A stretch of DNA of 64,000 bases, taken from positions 108,438,001-108,502,000 of the forward strand of contig OZ024742.1 of assembly GCA_964016885.1 (NCBI GenBank). The letters are read 5' to 3'. Below, in pieces: positions 11,627 to 24,930 of this stretch. Numbering within the stretch: the first letter of the stretch is position 1; each line of letters opens with the position of its first letter. Below the pieces are notes generated by a model. The model was given only the letters and a program-made list of their open reading frames with translations, was not told where the DNA came from and made no database searches. The stretch comes from Eledone cirrhosa. Its lineage: Eukaryota. Both the position numbers and the translations under genes were made by a program.

Positions 11627-12975
11627 TGTGTAATATCAAATGTGTTAGTAAGATATTAGTTCAGCAGTGTAGTGTGGAATATCAAATGTGTTAGTAAGAT
11701 ATTAGTTCAGCAGTGTAGTGTGTAATATCAAATGTGTTAGTAAGATATTAGTTTAGCAGTGTAGTGTGGAATATCAAATGTGTTAGTAAGATATTAGTTC
11801 AGCAATGTAGTGTGTAATATCAAATGTGTTAGTAAGATATTAGTTCAGCAGTGTAGTGTGGAATATCAAATGTGTTAGTAAGATATTAGTTCAGCAGTGT
11901 AGTGTGTAATATCAGTTGTTTTAGTAAGATATTAGTTTAGCAGTATAGTGTGGAATATCAAATGTGTTAGTAAGATATTAGTTTAGCAGTGGAGTGTGGA
12001 ATATCAAATGTGTTAGTAAGATACTAGTTTAGCAGTGTAGTGTGGAATATCAAATGTGTTAGTAAGGTATTAGTTCAGCAGTGTAGTGTGGAATATCAAA
12101 TGTGTTAGTAAGATATTAGTTCAGCAGTGTAGTGTGGAATATCAAATGTGTTAGTAAGATATTAGTTCAGCAATGTAGTGTGTAATATCAAATGTGTTAG
12201 TAAGATATTAGTTTAGCAGTGTAGTGTGTAATATCAGTTGTTTTAGTAAGATATTAGTTGAGCAGTGTAGTGTGTAATATCAGTTGTTTTAGTAAGATAT
12301 TAGTTTAGCAGTGTAGTGTGTAATATCAAATGTGTTAGTAAGATATTAGTTTAGCAGTGTAGTGTGGAATATCAAATGTGTTAGTAAGATATTAGTTTAG
12401 CAGTGTAGTGTGGAATATCAAATGTGTTAGTAAGATATTAGTTCAGCAGTGTAGTGTGGAATATCAAATGTGTTAGTAAGATATTAGTTCAGCAATGTAG
12501 TGTGTAATATCAAATGTGTTAGTAAGATATTAGTTTAGCAGTGTAGTGTGTAATATCAGTTGTTTTAGTAAGATATTAGTTGAGCAGTGTAGTGTGTAAT
12601 ATCAGTTGTTTTAGTAAGATATTAGTTTAGCAGTGTAGTGTGTAATATCAAATGTGTTAGTAAGATATTAGTTTAGCAGTGTAGTGTGTAATATCAAATG
12701 TGTTAGTAAGATATTAGTTTAGCAGTGTAGTGTGGAATATCAAATGTGTTAGTAAGATATTAGTTCAGCAGTGTAGTGTGGAATATCAAATGTGTTAGTA
12801 AGATATTAGTTCAGCAGTGTAGTGTGGAATATCAAATGTGTTAGTAAGATATTAGTTTAGCAGTGTAGTGTGGAATATCAAATGTGTTAGTAAGATATTA
12901 GTTCAGCAATGTAGTGTGTAATATCAAATGTGTTAGTAAGATATTAGTTCAGCAATGTAGTGTGTAATATCAGTT
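11627..12975. repeat. 46-bp minisatellite, about 29 copies
   Basis: unit GTGTG(G/T)AATATCAAATGTGTTAGTAAGATATTAGTT(C/T)AGCAGTGTA in contiguous head-to-tail copies. Confidence 0.97.
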
Positions 12976-13220
12976 ATATTAGGAGGATATGAAATAGAAT
13001 CAACAGCTAAGACCACGTGATTGCGAAGGGAACACTTCTCTATCCTCATATCCATGACTGTACGAATGAGATCAAAGATATTTAAAAGTAAAATATAAAG
13101 TGCCCTTAACTCTTAACGGGTCATGGGGTTTTTTAAACCTGACAGAGCCCATTCCTTTCTAAGTTGTAAAACATCCGAAGAATGAGAGGAAGAAGGGAAA
13201 TGTTAATGAAGAAGAACCGA

Positions 13221-13373
13221 CACCAGTACTGGACTGGTACATTATTTATCGACCTCGGCAGAATGAAAAGCAAAGTTAACATCGGTAGGGTTGATACTCA
13301 CAACACAGTGAGGCGGAACAAACTCAGAAGCATTTTTAATCCGACGCTCTAATAATTCCGTCATTTCGCCGCC
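13221..13373 (-). mobile_element. diverged tRNA-derived SINE (Nin-type body)
   Basis: CTGGTACATTATTTATCGACC...GAATGAAAAGCAAAGTTAAC...TTCGCCGCC, a decayed reverse complement of the abundant SINE in this window. Confidence 0.7.
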
Positions 13374-13691
13374 TTATAGATATCAAAACAAAACAAAAAC
13401 ACGTAGATTGAAAATATTCATAAGTATAGTTTATTTATGTAAAAATATCAGAAGCATTTCTGTAGTAATGTAATTTCTTTTTTGCTGTATTGTTAGAGTT
13501 TATCTTAGGTTTACAGGAAAGGTAATAAATCAGAGAAGACTGCTTATTCATAGGAATTGGCCAATATTTGGAATATATATATTTTCAAACCATATATTTT
13601 GGTAGCATTCATTCTATTTGTTTGAAGTGCTTTCCTCCTCTTTCGTCGGTTATTTACTTTCCTTTTTTTTTTTACTTGTTCGTAATACATA

Positions 13692-13973
<282 letters not shown>

Positions 13974-13974
13974 C

Positions 13975-14058
<84 letters not shown>

Positions 14059-14554
14059 GAATATATATGAAGATTTTCAGATAAAGTTCGTGTAGATATA
14101 ACTACCATTTAGTTAGAAGCCTTGGCTGTGCAAATGATGAAGCGGTAATTGTAAACACTTTCACCTCTTCCACTGTTCACGAGAAACATAAAAGGTTATA
14201 CTTATGCCACTCTCTAAATATTTGAAGCTGTTAAACAAAAAAGCATAACGGCGAGAAACTTCGAACACCGCTGGTTGTGTGTCATGTATCACATTTGTTG
14301 TCGGATTTTAACATTAGGCAATGTAGCCCAAGATAAATTGTATTGCATAAAATGCGATGGTAATGGCTGGAACGCTTTGAACATTGGTCTTCCTGGATTC
14401 GAGCTGACCTCAGATAATTCATCAATGGAAATTCTATGCGTTCGTTTGCGTCATCTGCTAGAAATAACAGCTAAATTTCTCTCAGACGCAATCCTATCCT
14501 CTCTGTATGATGGACACATTGTTTAATTTACAATATTCTACACTAGAGAAGGCA

Positions 14555-14830
14555 CGATGGTAAGGTTGTGAGTTTAAATCTCGGGGATGAGTTGTGACTT
14601 TGAGTAAGACACTTTATGGTTTCCGTGTTCCAGTCCACTCAGCAAACAAAAGTGAATTGTGCCTGTAATTCAGCGGGTAGGCCTTGTCACACACTGTATC
14701 ACGTTCTGTCTTTTGAACAACTACGTTAAGGGTACACGTATCTGTGCAATGCTCAATAATTTGTATGTTAATTTTACGAGTAGGCTGTTCCGTTGTTCGA
14801 GCAGCTAGAATACTCGTCTTCGGAGTCGAC
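14555..14830 (+). mobile_element. old tRNA-derived SINE related to 1-142
   Basis: GTGAGTTTAAATC (B-box-like), TTGAGTAAGACACTTTAT, CCAGTCCACTCAGC. Confidence 0.55.
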
Positions 14831-15069
14831 GGATGTCCATCACATACATACACACACATATATGTGTATTTGTGTATTGTCAATGATAAACTTGATGACG
14901 GCTGATATATATTTTTTATTCTTTGTTAATTTTACGAGTTGGCTGTGGCACTGTTTGGAACACACATCTTCACAACCGACGAAGGTCCAATAAGAGTTAC
15001 AAACCCGACATTATTTATTAAAAGGAAGGGTTAGTCATGGTTTAAAAGACTTTGAACGCGTTCTCTATT

Positions 15070-15432
15070 CTGACCGCCGGGATCGCGGGGCGGCTAGCTC
15101 GTGGGCCCCCGTTTGCTTATAATAGTGAGAGATGGAGAGCGCAGGAGAGACGGAGACAGCGACAGTGAGAGTTTGGTTCCATTGTGTTCGGAACTGGTGT
15201 ATACGTATATATTTACTTACCACACCACATTAATACCTATTCCTTTGCTGAAAGATATCCATACCTACACACACACCTCTATCAATGAACATCGTGTTCA
15301 GTGTTGTGCAAGAATCTTTTATTTACCTTGCTCTAGTCAGATTACAGTGCCAAATATCAAGAACAGCAGCAACATCAACAGAAACAACAGATTTATATAA
15401 ATATCATTGGAAAATATTGCATGTAGAGATGT
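15070..15432 (+). promoter_or_regulatory. candidate Pol II promoter and first non-coding exon
   Basis: unique GC/CpG-rich patch with GGGGCGGC (15087), TATAAT (15118) and a possible donor GTAAGG at 15433. Confidence 0.25.
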
Positions 15433-15538
15433 GTAAGGACTCGTAATATCTAGAAGAGCTGTCAGGGCGTTGTAGTTACACACGGTGTGGAGCAATTTTA
15501 AAACATAGCGGAGCCTATTCGCTCTTCAGATTTGAACA

Positions 15539-15733
15539 CTACCAATTTCTTCCAGAAAAAGAGAAATTAATTGAAAGGAAGTGAGAATCGACCCCAGTAA
15601 TGGAGTGGTATGTTTTTTTATCCACCTCGAAAGGATGAAAGGTGGGTTTTGAACTCACATCGCAGAGAGCTGGAACGAATAGCGCAAAGCAATTTTTTAT
15701 CCATTGTTTTAAAGGCTGTGGCAATGCGCCGCC
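15539..15733 (-). mobile_element. diverged tRNA-derived SINE
   Basis: GAATCGACCCCAGTA...GAAAGGATGAAAGG...TTTGAACTCA...CGCCGCC. Confidence 0.65.
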
Positions 15734-16054
15734 TATTGTATGTAGATAACATATGGAAATTAGATAAGTCTATAGCTTCAGAGACATAGCAGGAGATACT
15801 TATAGTCACGAATTGCGAAAACAGAAAATGAAATTTAAATAGAAGTGTATAGCAGTTGCTTCCATTCTCTCTTGCTTTCTCGGTATAATAATATATAATG
15901 ATATTAAAACCATTTTTTAACCCTTCATCAGTACTCGCGAATGATATATGACATAAAAACAAATTATATTTCGATTGCAATTATTTTTTTTTTTTTCATC
16001 GAGATTCTGATCAAAATAAACTAGAAAATAGAAATAAATTCTTATTTCCTACAG

Positions 16055-16099
16055 CTTAAATAAATTTCTTAGACGGATTTCGATATTATATATATAACT
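16055..16099 (+). other. candidate 45-bp exon of a host gene
   Basis: acceptor TTCTTATTTCCTACAG and consensus donor GTGAGT. Confidence 0.35.
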
Positions 16100-16243
16100 G
16101 TGAGTATGTATGTGTGCGTATGCGCATGTGTATGTATGCGTGTGTATGATTACGCCTACGTATGTGCGCATGTAAATATCTTATACAAATGCACGTATCT
16201 AATCATTACTATGTGTATAAAATATTGTTTATATATATATACA

Positions 16244-16275
<32 letters not shown>

Positions 16276-16676
16276 GTAGTAGTAGTAGTAGTAGTAGTAG
16301 AATATTTTTGTTGTTTTGCTACTGTGAAGAATACTTGAAGTTAGTAAAGAATTAGAAATCTATATTATTACATTGTGTTCTAGCATTAGATCATTGAATA
16401 TATATGTGTGTGTGTATGCGTGTATGCGTGTTTATATATGCATTTATGTATGAGCATGTGTGGGTGTAGCTATGAATATGTGTGTATGGGAATGTCAATA
16501 AACTAAGCCGTACAATGCATTTTTATGGCCTAAATATAGTATAGCTTGGATGGAAAAATTCTGAAATTCGAACAAATAAATATACTTTAAGATATATATT
16601 GAGTTTTCATTGTTTTGTTCACAAGACTAAAAACAGGTGTGTGGTATCCGTATATATATATAAAGAGAGAGAGAGT

Positions 16677-16821
16677 TTCGCCGTATGTTTGACTAAAGAA
16701 ATTTTAGCCTGATAGTGGGGTTTAGAAACCTCTAAGAAATGAAAAAAGATGAGTATTAACGTCAATACTCATCTTTTCCCTCTATCAGGCTAAACTTTCT
16801 TTAGTCAAAAATACGGCGAAA
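16677..16821. repeat. imperfect fold-back hairpin element
   Basis: TTTCGCCGTATGTTTGACTAAAGAAATTTTAGCCTGATAG / CTATCAGGCTAAACTTTCTTTAGTCAAAAATACGGCGAAA, with an inner AAAAGATGAGTATT/AATACTCATCTTTT hairpin. Confidence 0.8.
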
Positions 16822-16870
16822 GTTTCTATTTCAAAACTCGCTCGCTGTTTCTAAACAAACTTTTATATAC

Positions 16871-16949
<79 letters not shown>

Positions 16950-17110
16950 GAAGAGATATATTTGATATATCTCATATGAAATGATACAGCCAATTTTCCA
17001 CACAATACAATTAGGAACGTTTAATTGGGAATATACTCATGTATTCCCTAATGTTTGTTGAGTGAGCTGGAATTTGACCGGAGTATCGCTATTAGCTTTC
17101 TCCGATTATG

Positions 17111-17196
<86 letters not shown>

Positions 17197-17741
17197 TATA
17201 TATTTGTTGTTTTGGAAGCCTCAACAATGCAGATGGATAAATCTCCGGGTAACAGAATCATGTGGTAATGAGAGAGATGTAAGAGGAAATGTAGAATGAG
17301 ACGTATAGGGTGTAGGAAAGAGTGTAAAAATAATAACACGAGATAGAGTTACCTTGGAAGTGATTTAATTGTCCCTATATTTCGGATTTCGCATCCATCA
17401 ACTGGGGGTTTTCCGAGGGGGGAAGTTTTTAGTCGGAGAGTGACAACACGTGGCCTCTGTTGTTTATCGTGTGTGTCTGTTGTCTATCGGGTGTATACTA
17501 CTGAGTTATACACACAAATTTATCATTCCACAATGCTTCATGCAAACTTCAACACTCTCATATATATATATAATATATATATATATATATGTATATATTA
17601 GAAGATGTAGGGAGCACTATATATATGTATATATTAGAAGATGTAGGGAGCACAGGTGCAGAAACTATCTGCAGTTAGTTGCTATAACATAGCTTATATA
17701 AATCGTGTAAAGACACTTAGAGACGAGAAAATGTCAGCGGT

Positions 17742-18357
17742 CGCAACAAAGAATCGAACCCTGTATAACCCAAATAACGGCTAGGTGATCTAACCCCTGA
17801 GCTAAGGTATCCCTGACAGCATCTTACCGTCTAAAGCAGTCATGGGCAACCTGCGGCCCACGGGCCGAATGTCGCCTGCGAAGCTTTCTGAATAGCTCGC
17901 TTATGTCACCTAAGTCAAATCTTTCTGATTTTTTTACCCCAACTTTTCAGTCGTAATTTATCTTTCTATCATTTTTACGGTCGAGGAGAGCAACGTGTAC
18001 AAATTCTGAAGAAATAAATCAAAACAACCTGAGTTACCGCCCATTTTTTAATGTGGGCTCGAATGTAAATTAGCGCTTGCGTCCCGCCTGATGATGAGCC
18101 ATATATCATGCGGCCCGCTTCTCAAAAAAGGTTGCCGATGCCTGGTCTAAGGTAAGGAGCTGAATCAAACAGCTTTTGAAAATATAAACAAAGGACGTGT
18201 ATGAAGCTCGAATTTTCGTACTTCCGAACATGTAGGACGTTTCATTCCCGTAGTTTGTTTACATTTTCAAAAGCAGTTTCATTCAGCTCCTTAATTTGAC
18301 GGTACAATGTTATGAGGGATACATTAGCTAATGGTTAGAGCACCTAGTCGTTATCTC
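17742..18357. mobile_element. palindromic element with two outward-facing tRNA-like arms, interrupted by a hAT MITE and cut by the gap
   Basis: left arm reverse complement TAGCTCAGGGGTTAGATCACCTAGCCGTTAT...GGGTTCGATTC; right arm TAGCTAATGGTTAGAGCACCTAGTCGTTAT; inner AAGGAGCTGAAT/ATTCAGCTCCTT. Confidence 0.6.
17837..18144. mobile_element. hAT-type MITE
   Basis: TIRs CAGTCATGGGCAACCT / AGGTTGCCGATGCCTG, 8-bp TSD GTCTAAAG/GTCTAAGG; second copy at 62500. Confidence 0.85.
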
Positions 18358-18557
18358 NNNNNNNNNNNNNNNNNNNNNNNNNNNNNNNNNNNNNNNNNNN
18401 NNNNNNNNNNNNNNNNNNNNNNNNNNNNNNNNNNNNNNNNNNNNNNNNNNNNNNNNNNNNNNNNNNNNNNNNNNNNNNNNNNNNNNNNNNNNNNNNNNNN
18501 NNNNNNNNNNNNNNNNNNNNNNNNNNNNNNNNNNNNNNNNNNNNNNNNNNNNNNNNN
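18358..18557. other. assembly gap (200 N)
   Basis: run of N. Confidence 1.
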
Positions 18558-18583
18558 CATACATACATACATACATACATACA

Positions 18584-18615
<32 letters not shown>

Positions 18616-19194
18616 AAGTATAGATATGTGTATGTGTGTGTGTTTGTATATGTGTATGTGTGTTTGTGTATGTGCATGTGTGTGTCTGTGTGTTTTGTTT
18701 TGATGTTATCCAGCAATTGCGAAATCAGGTGTGAAAGTATGTGTATTTGTGTGTGTGTGTGTGTGTGTAACTTATGCGAGCGACGATAGAAAAAGTGTGT
18801 GGGATACATACATTATTATATTTGTCTGTATTTTCGTTCTGCAACCATTATATTATGATATTTGTATCCAAATGATTTTAGATGTATGTATTACCTTCTT
18901 GCCCGTCCCTCTGTTTCTCTTTCCCTGTCTCTCTGTCTCTCTCTCCTCTCTCCTCTCTCTCTTTTTAGATGTGTGTGTGTGTAGTTTTCCTAATCTGCCT
19001 CTTTCACTCTCTGTCTCTCTAAGAGGGTTGCCTTTTGATGTATGTATTACCTGTTTTTGTGTTGACCGAATTTGAAGGGGGTTATCCTTTTGAAATAAAC
19101 ATACATACGACGCTCATCTCTATGTTGATATTTTTTATATAAATAATGGGATTGATGAGTTAATATTTGTATACAACAACTACAACGGTACACG

Positions 19195-19465
19195 ATGGGG
19201 CCCACCCACAGCCCCGGTGGACAGATGGAGAAGGCATTTCCCTGGAGGATGGCAAGGGAGACGCGCTGTAAAAACCACTCCAACTCTCGGGGCTCACACC
19301 TGCGGCTGACCAGCTCAGCGCCTATGGTGGTGAGTAAGGAGGTAACCCTGGGGCCGAGGACACCAGAAGTCTCCACTGCCAGGGGTACGACCGCAAACCT
19401 GTCGGAGAGCGACCGGTATTTGAGGAGTTTGGCCCCCTCAGCTCGACGTGCAGCAGAACCTGGGA
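19195..19465 (-). mobile_element. 3' fragment of a CRE-like non-LTR retrotransposon (restriction-like endonuclease tail)
   Basis: ETSGVLGP...FLQRVSLAILQGNAFSI resembles the CRE/SLACS C-terminal QRxSxAxQRGNA motif; GC-rich island. Confidence 0.7.
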
Positions 19466-19570
19466 ATATATTGATATATTGAAGGTAGATACGGAAAGTA
19501 AAAGAGTGTTGTCATATAGAGAGTGAATAGAGACAGAGAGTAAAGCAGTTAAATTATAGAGAGGGTGAAA

Positions 19571-19637
<67 letters not shown>

Positions 19638-20227
19638 GACGCTCAGCCTTATAATATTTGAGAGTGAAGAGCGACAGAGAGAGTAAAGCAGTTAAATTAT
19701 AGAGAGAGGGAATGATCTATTATAGAGAGAGGGAAGAGCGACGGAAAGAGTAAAGCTAAGAAACTATAGGGAGGTGTGTAATTTACATACATAATACACA
19801 CGACACTCAGCTTTATAATATTATAGATAGATGTTATAACAACTGACTGTAATTGCAATTATTTTCTACACCTGAGCTTCCCACTCATATTTCCTCTGCG
19901 TTTCGTAAGTTCGAATATTCGAGCTTAATACACAACACACACACTCATACACACACACATATATACATATAGCTGATTGAATACGCACGTGGTTTTTTTT
20001 TCTTCTCATTTTCGTCCCTTCATCTTCTCATTCTCTTTCTATTTCATCTTTTATTTCTCATTCTATATTCTATTGAGAGACTAGTGTCCTAATCTTTAAG
20101 AGTCTTTTCCTATTATATCAAGCCTTAAATAATATATTTCTTCATTCTACTGTGCCGTTTACTATGTTATTTCTGTTCATTTTTACACACACACACACAC
20201 ACACGCACACACACACACACTCTCACA

Positions 20228-20276
<49 letters not shown>

Positions 20277-20305
20277 CCACACACACACACGCACACACAC
20301 ACACG

Positions 20306-20341
<36 letters not shown>

Positions 20342-20344
20342 GTT

Positions 20345-20740
20345 AAAAAGAACAAAAGAAACGCAGGAGGCAATTGTACACAGTTGTAGTAGGTTCAGGC
20401 TTGGTGGAAGTGGAGGAGGTTTCAACATTTCGGACTTAAGTCCTTCCCAAGGAAAGTTAAGATAAGGAGAGAACAGGAACTCCGAGAGGGGGTAAGGAGG
20501 GTTGTAACGTTAACACAATATGAAGGAAAAATAAAAATGAATATAAAAACAAAATTAAAAAAATTGAAAATAAAGGCGGTAGGAGGGGTGTATAGGTCCG
20601 GGGTGGATGGTGGTGCGATGGCAAAGGAGTGGTAGTTTGTATAAGGGTGGGTGGAGGGGGAGAGGGAGAGATACGGTAGAGGGGGAAGCAAGGTATCAGA
20701 ATCCAGGCAGGGATAGCGGAAGGTAAGGTGTGTGTGTATG
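20345..20740 (-). mobile_element. PLE 3' (pLTR) remnant with degenerate hammerhead
   Basis: minus strand TTC-CTTGGGA-A-GGAC(TTAA)GTCC-GAAA-TG-TT-GAA at about 20421-20455, in a pyrimidine-rich tail flanked by microsatellites. Confidence 0.45.
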
Positions 20741-20887
20741 CATAGATGTGAGTGTGTGTGTGCATGTATGGATGTAAGTATGAGTGTCTCAAAGGAAGCG
20801 AGTGTATGTGAATTTTTGTTCTGAAAAGAAATTGTGTGTGGAAAGTGGTGTATATGTTTGTGCATGTTACCTTAATTTATTATTATG

Positions 20888-20925
20888 TCCTGATATTTCG
20901 AGATTAATATCTCTTCTTCCGAGGA
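20888..20925 (-). ncRNA. degenerate minimal hammerhead (U4G)
   Basis: TCCT-CGGAAGA-A-GAGAT(ATTA)ATCTC-GAAA-TA-TC-AGGA. Confidence 0.5.
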
Positions 20926-21413
20926 AAATAAATGAACTATTCCAGTGTCTAATATGGCTTGCTATACCATGCTGGCCGTAGATAACTACAGTGTAAAGTT
21001 AGAGAGAATTAGAACAGAAACATAAAAAGATAAAAAGATAAAAAGAGAGATAATGAGAGTGGGTGAATGGATAGAATGAGGATAACGTTAGAAGGGGCCC
21101 TATATAAACAATAAACAGAAGATGATAAGCAATATATATATATGATTGAACAATATATATTGTAGTCAGCATATGTAGACGATTATAAGGGACACAGAAA
21201 CATATGTTAAAGCAAATAAATTCCTAATCTCCTTCACTCCGACATTTATATTTTTCTTGGTGCAATACTTATATATGTATATATAAGTATTGCACCAAGT
21301 AAAATATAAATGTCGGCGTGAAATATATATATGTATATATATATTTAAAATGAAGAGAGCTAAAGTTATCAAATTAAATCCATTTTCTAATATCTACGTT
21401 CGTTTCTATACAG

Positions 21414-21572
21414 GTGATAATGGTACATGCATATCTAAACAACCAGAAACATTTCATTAACAATTATTTACACAAAACACAATATATCACCCGTATATCA
21501 CCTGGAATTATTAAAAGGGATTGGATTTAACCAAATACAAATGTCGGTTATAAGCAAGCACATAAAAAAAAT
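21414..21572 (+). other. candidate exon (possibly 5' UTR)
   Basis: branch-like CTAAT, acceptor TTCGTTTCTATACAG, donor GTAAGC at 21573; stops in all three frames. Confidence 0.25.
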
Positions 21573-21639
21573 GTAAGCAAAGCAGAGTAGAAGTACAAAG
21601 TTGTAAAATAGTATGTTTTTAGGTAGAAGTAAAACCTTT

Positions 21640-21760
21640 ACAGTCTGAGTTCAAATCCCGCCGAGGTTAACTTTGCCTTTCATCCTTACGGGGTCGATAG
21701 AATAAAGTACCAGTAATTACTGGATAATTGCTGGCCTTGTGCCTAAATTAGAAACAATTA
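21640..21760 (+). mobile_element. tRNA-derived SINE, 5'-truncated (Nin-type body)
   Basis: GAGTTCAAATCCCGCCGAGGTTAACTTTGCCTTTCATCCTTACGGGGTCGATA...AGAAACAATTA. Confidence 0.9.
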
Positions 21761-22248
21761 TTATTTCTTGTAATTGTTAGCATAATGTTCATTGGCTGTA
21801 GTTAGATTATATACAGCAGGAAGCGAAAATAGTGCAGAAGTGGCAATGGTAATTAGTTATCATTTTAATATGTAGGAACATACTTATTATTATTGTTAAC
21901 CGTGTTCCTCATTCCAAAATAAATGAAGATCAGAAGTGGAGGACATCATACTAATTGGCAATATCAGGCGTTCAAAGTTCCGATTTCTCGCGGCAAATTC
22001 ATATCGAGAGGCGGTGTCGTTAAACTTAACGATGTTTCGCGTCGTTAAGTAGCCTGCTTAATTTTTGCTCTGCATTACATTGTCTATTTATAATTATGTT
22101 ACTTAACGAATTAAAGACCACCGTGTCATTAGTGGTGTTGGTTTAGGGAGGTGTTTAATGAACAAAGATATTCTTACTATGGATTACATAAGTAAAGTGG
22201 TGTTCAGATGTGTATATATATATATATTACATTATATTATTTTTTAAC

Positions 22249-22450
22249 GGCGGTGGATTGGCAGTATCGGTAGGGTATCGGTAGAGGATCGGACACCATG
22301 CTTTGACGCATAGAGTTACGGCCCTTGCCATTCTGAGTTCAAATCCCGCCGAGGTTAACTTTGCCTTTCATCCTTACGGGGTCGATAAAATAAAGTACCA
22401 GTAATGCACTGAATTAATTGCTGTCCTTGTGCCAAAAGTAGAAACAATTA
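22249..22450 (+). mobile_element. tRNA-derived SINE, full length
   Basis: GGCGGTGGATTGGCAGTATCGGTAG (A box) ... GAGTTCAAATCC (B box) ... GCCTTTCATCCTTACGGGGTCGATAAAATAAAGTACCAG. Confidence 0.92.
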
Positions 22451-22813
22451 TATTATTTGTTAACTCATATATGGCCGTGTAAATCATTACACTTGTGAAT
22501 TATGGATGTATAATATAATCTGTCCAAGTCCCTAAGCGTAACTGTATAAGAATACACAGTCATATATCGTTATTGCTTCATAGTATTAATGTAAATAAAT
22601 ATGTGGAAGCTCATGTACTGCTTAAAGGACTAATAAAAAATAAACCACGTAGTTGCTATTAAACTGAGGTCTGTTTGCTAGGTTTATTGTTAAAATGCAA
22701 TATATTGCACGGACCCAGTCAAGAAAATGTGGAAATAACACTCCCACAAATACTCCGAAAAACATACACATACGCACCTATACACACACGCACACAAACA
22801 CACACGCACATAA

Positions 22814-22861
<48 letters not shown>

Positions 22862-23510
22862 TGTAAATATAAGTATAAGCGCATGCATACATATATGTTG
22901 ATACATCACATAAAGGGTGAGCGGATAAGTATTCCTGGATTATATGGGAAGAATGGAGGAGGAGATTGATATAGACTAGGTTTGGGGGTAACAAAAACAA
23001 ATAATGTTAAGGGGCCTTAATGATAGAGTGAATATGGTATTACTGATTTACTATTGTAAAGAAATGTTGTTTAAATTAATTATGTTCAGTGGAAGACGGC
23101 ATTTATTATAATAATAATTATTATATTAGAGTGTTTGGATTAGAAGCAGGGAGATTTATAGGTTTTTAACTAATACGGTTTTAGTTGAATGCTATTGTAT
23201 TATTATAACACAGATTATATTTTTACTCATATATTACACCTGCTAATTAGGTTTGTATAATGTAATCTATCCAAGTTAGGCTATAATGTGGTTACATTTT
23301 AATGAGCAACATAAGATTCAGTGAAAGATAGAAAAATGTTAATAATTAATATAGTAGAATGTGTGAGTTAGAAACTGTGTTAAATGGGGCGAGATCTATA
23401 GATTCTAGCTGGTGAAGTTCTATTTAAATGTATGTATGTATGTATGTATGTATGTATGTATGTATGTATGTATGTATGTATGTATGTATGTATTTATGTA
23501 TGTATATGTA

Positions 23511-23930
23511 GGGAGAGATGACCCCTTAGCCTTTGTCAAGGCAGAATTCTAGGAGAAGGAAAACTCTTATATAACACCTGCAACCCTGATGGTATCCAAT
23601 GATGTTGACTTGTTCTTCTTTTTGGTAAATATCATCTTGGTTAAGAGAGTGGGACTGGCTTTGTGCAGTGCCTTTACTCACTATAAAAGCTTCACGGCAC
23701 AAGCATTGCTTTGTATCTGGAGATATCTCTGCACTTGTCGTCACATGGTACCATGGGCCCAGCACTATGTGTCAATAATTGTCACAAGTGTAGTGTTTGT
23801 ACCAGAGTTTTCAAGTCGCTGGCTGGACTAAAAAGTCACACTCGTTCAGCGCATCGGTAGGGGTTCTCCTACATGGATATAAAGTAGTGGCCATACTCGA
23901 AAACGAGTTGGCAGCTACCATGTATGTATG
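23511..23930 (+). mobile_element. non-autonomous RTE-derived element (shorter copy)
   Basis: close direct repeat of 34696-35105; ends in CSVCTRVFKSLAGLKSHTRS codons and a (TGTA)n tail. Confidence 0.7.
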
Positions 23931-23994
23931 TATGTTTCTCTTTCTCTTAATTTCGAGTACATTTTTGACCGGTCATCTTCCTGGTGGCAAGGTT

Positions 23995-24315
23995 ATAAAA
24001 TAAAAGAAATTGTCTTCCCTTGAATCGCAAAAATGTTTTGCAAATTTTGAAGGTGCCAGCTAGCGTAGCCATTTGTATTCTATGAATTAGGGAACTGCGT
24101 TCTTTGTCCACAAATCCACGTTTAGTTATACTTTGGTCCAAGCGGGTTGGTATATAACCTGTAGCTCTAATAATGATGGGTATGAAGGTGAAGGTGTATC
24201 TGGGATACTGGATCTGCAAACTCCTCATCAATGGTAGGTAGATGTTCTCCTTCCCTTGTATTTTTATTACAACATTGACATCAAGCGGGCAGCTGATCTC
24301 TACAACAGAGCATCC
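23995..24315 (-). mobile_element. 3' fragment of an R4/Dong-like non-LTR retrotransposon (RLE domain)
   Basis: CSVVEISCPLDVNV..K..KENIY..L...FIPIIIRATGYIP...IQMATLAGTFKICKTFL. Confidence 0.7.
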
Positions 24316-24739
24316 ATACATAAAAGGCCAAGGAAAAACGCCCAATCGTGTATAAGAAAGTTTATTTAGTTTATATTAAATTACATACACAAATTGTCTG
24401 TGCATCATCTGTGGCGTAACATACCAAGATCGCATAATAAAAGCAGAAATGTTCACATACACAGCAGTCACATCTCTATGTTCAAATACGAAACCAGCGA
24501 TTGTTAGAATTGGTTATCAAATCCGGCATCCAATTTGTAACTTCCATGCTGAGTGTCCTCTGCTATATCAACTACCAGGGGGTCGTCACAAGGGACAAAG
24601 ACCGAAGACCACATGCCAAAGAATGGTCACAAAAGAACCAAATGCAAAATTCACCGCAATTCAGGAAAAAGCCAAATGATAGAAACGCTTGAGCAGGTCT
24701 TATTTTATCTCCCTCGTGACATTATGACATTATTTTAAT

Positions 24740-24930
24740 GGCGGAAGATTGGCAGTATCGGTAGAGGATCGGACGCCATGGTTTGCAGCATAGAATTACG
24801 TCCCTTTACAGTCTGAGTTCGAATCCCGCGGAGGTTAACTTTATCTTTCATCCTTAGGGGGACGATAAAATAAAGTACCAGTAATGCACTGGGATAATTG
24901 CTGGCCTAGTGCCACGATTAGAAACAATTA
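24740..24930 (+). mobile_element. tRNA-derived SINE with TSD ATTATTTTAAT
   Basis: same family as 22249; 11-bp flanking direct repeat. Confidence 0.9.

Noticed and set aside
11627-12975. CRISPR-like regular repeat array
   Set aside because: Units are contiguous with no unique spacers, there are no cas genes, and the context is eukaryotic; it is a minisatellite.
17371-17408. Hammerhead-like CCC-CAGTTGA-T-GGAT(GCGAA)ATCC-GAAA-TA-TA-GGG on the minus strand
   Set aside because: Two core substitutions and no second copy in the window; at most a dead relic.
18328-18809. ORFs spanning X runs
   Set aside because: Artefacts of the 200-N assembly gap.
22249-22350. tRNA genes in SINE heads and in the palindromic elements
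   Set aside because: A/B boxes are present but no complete cloverleaf could be drawn, and they continue into SINE bodies.
24345-24738. Overlapping short ORFs in apparently unique sequence
   Set aside because: No recognisable domain and no convincing splice-site pair.
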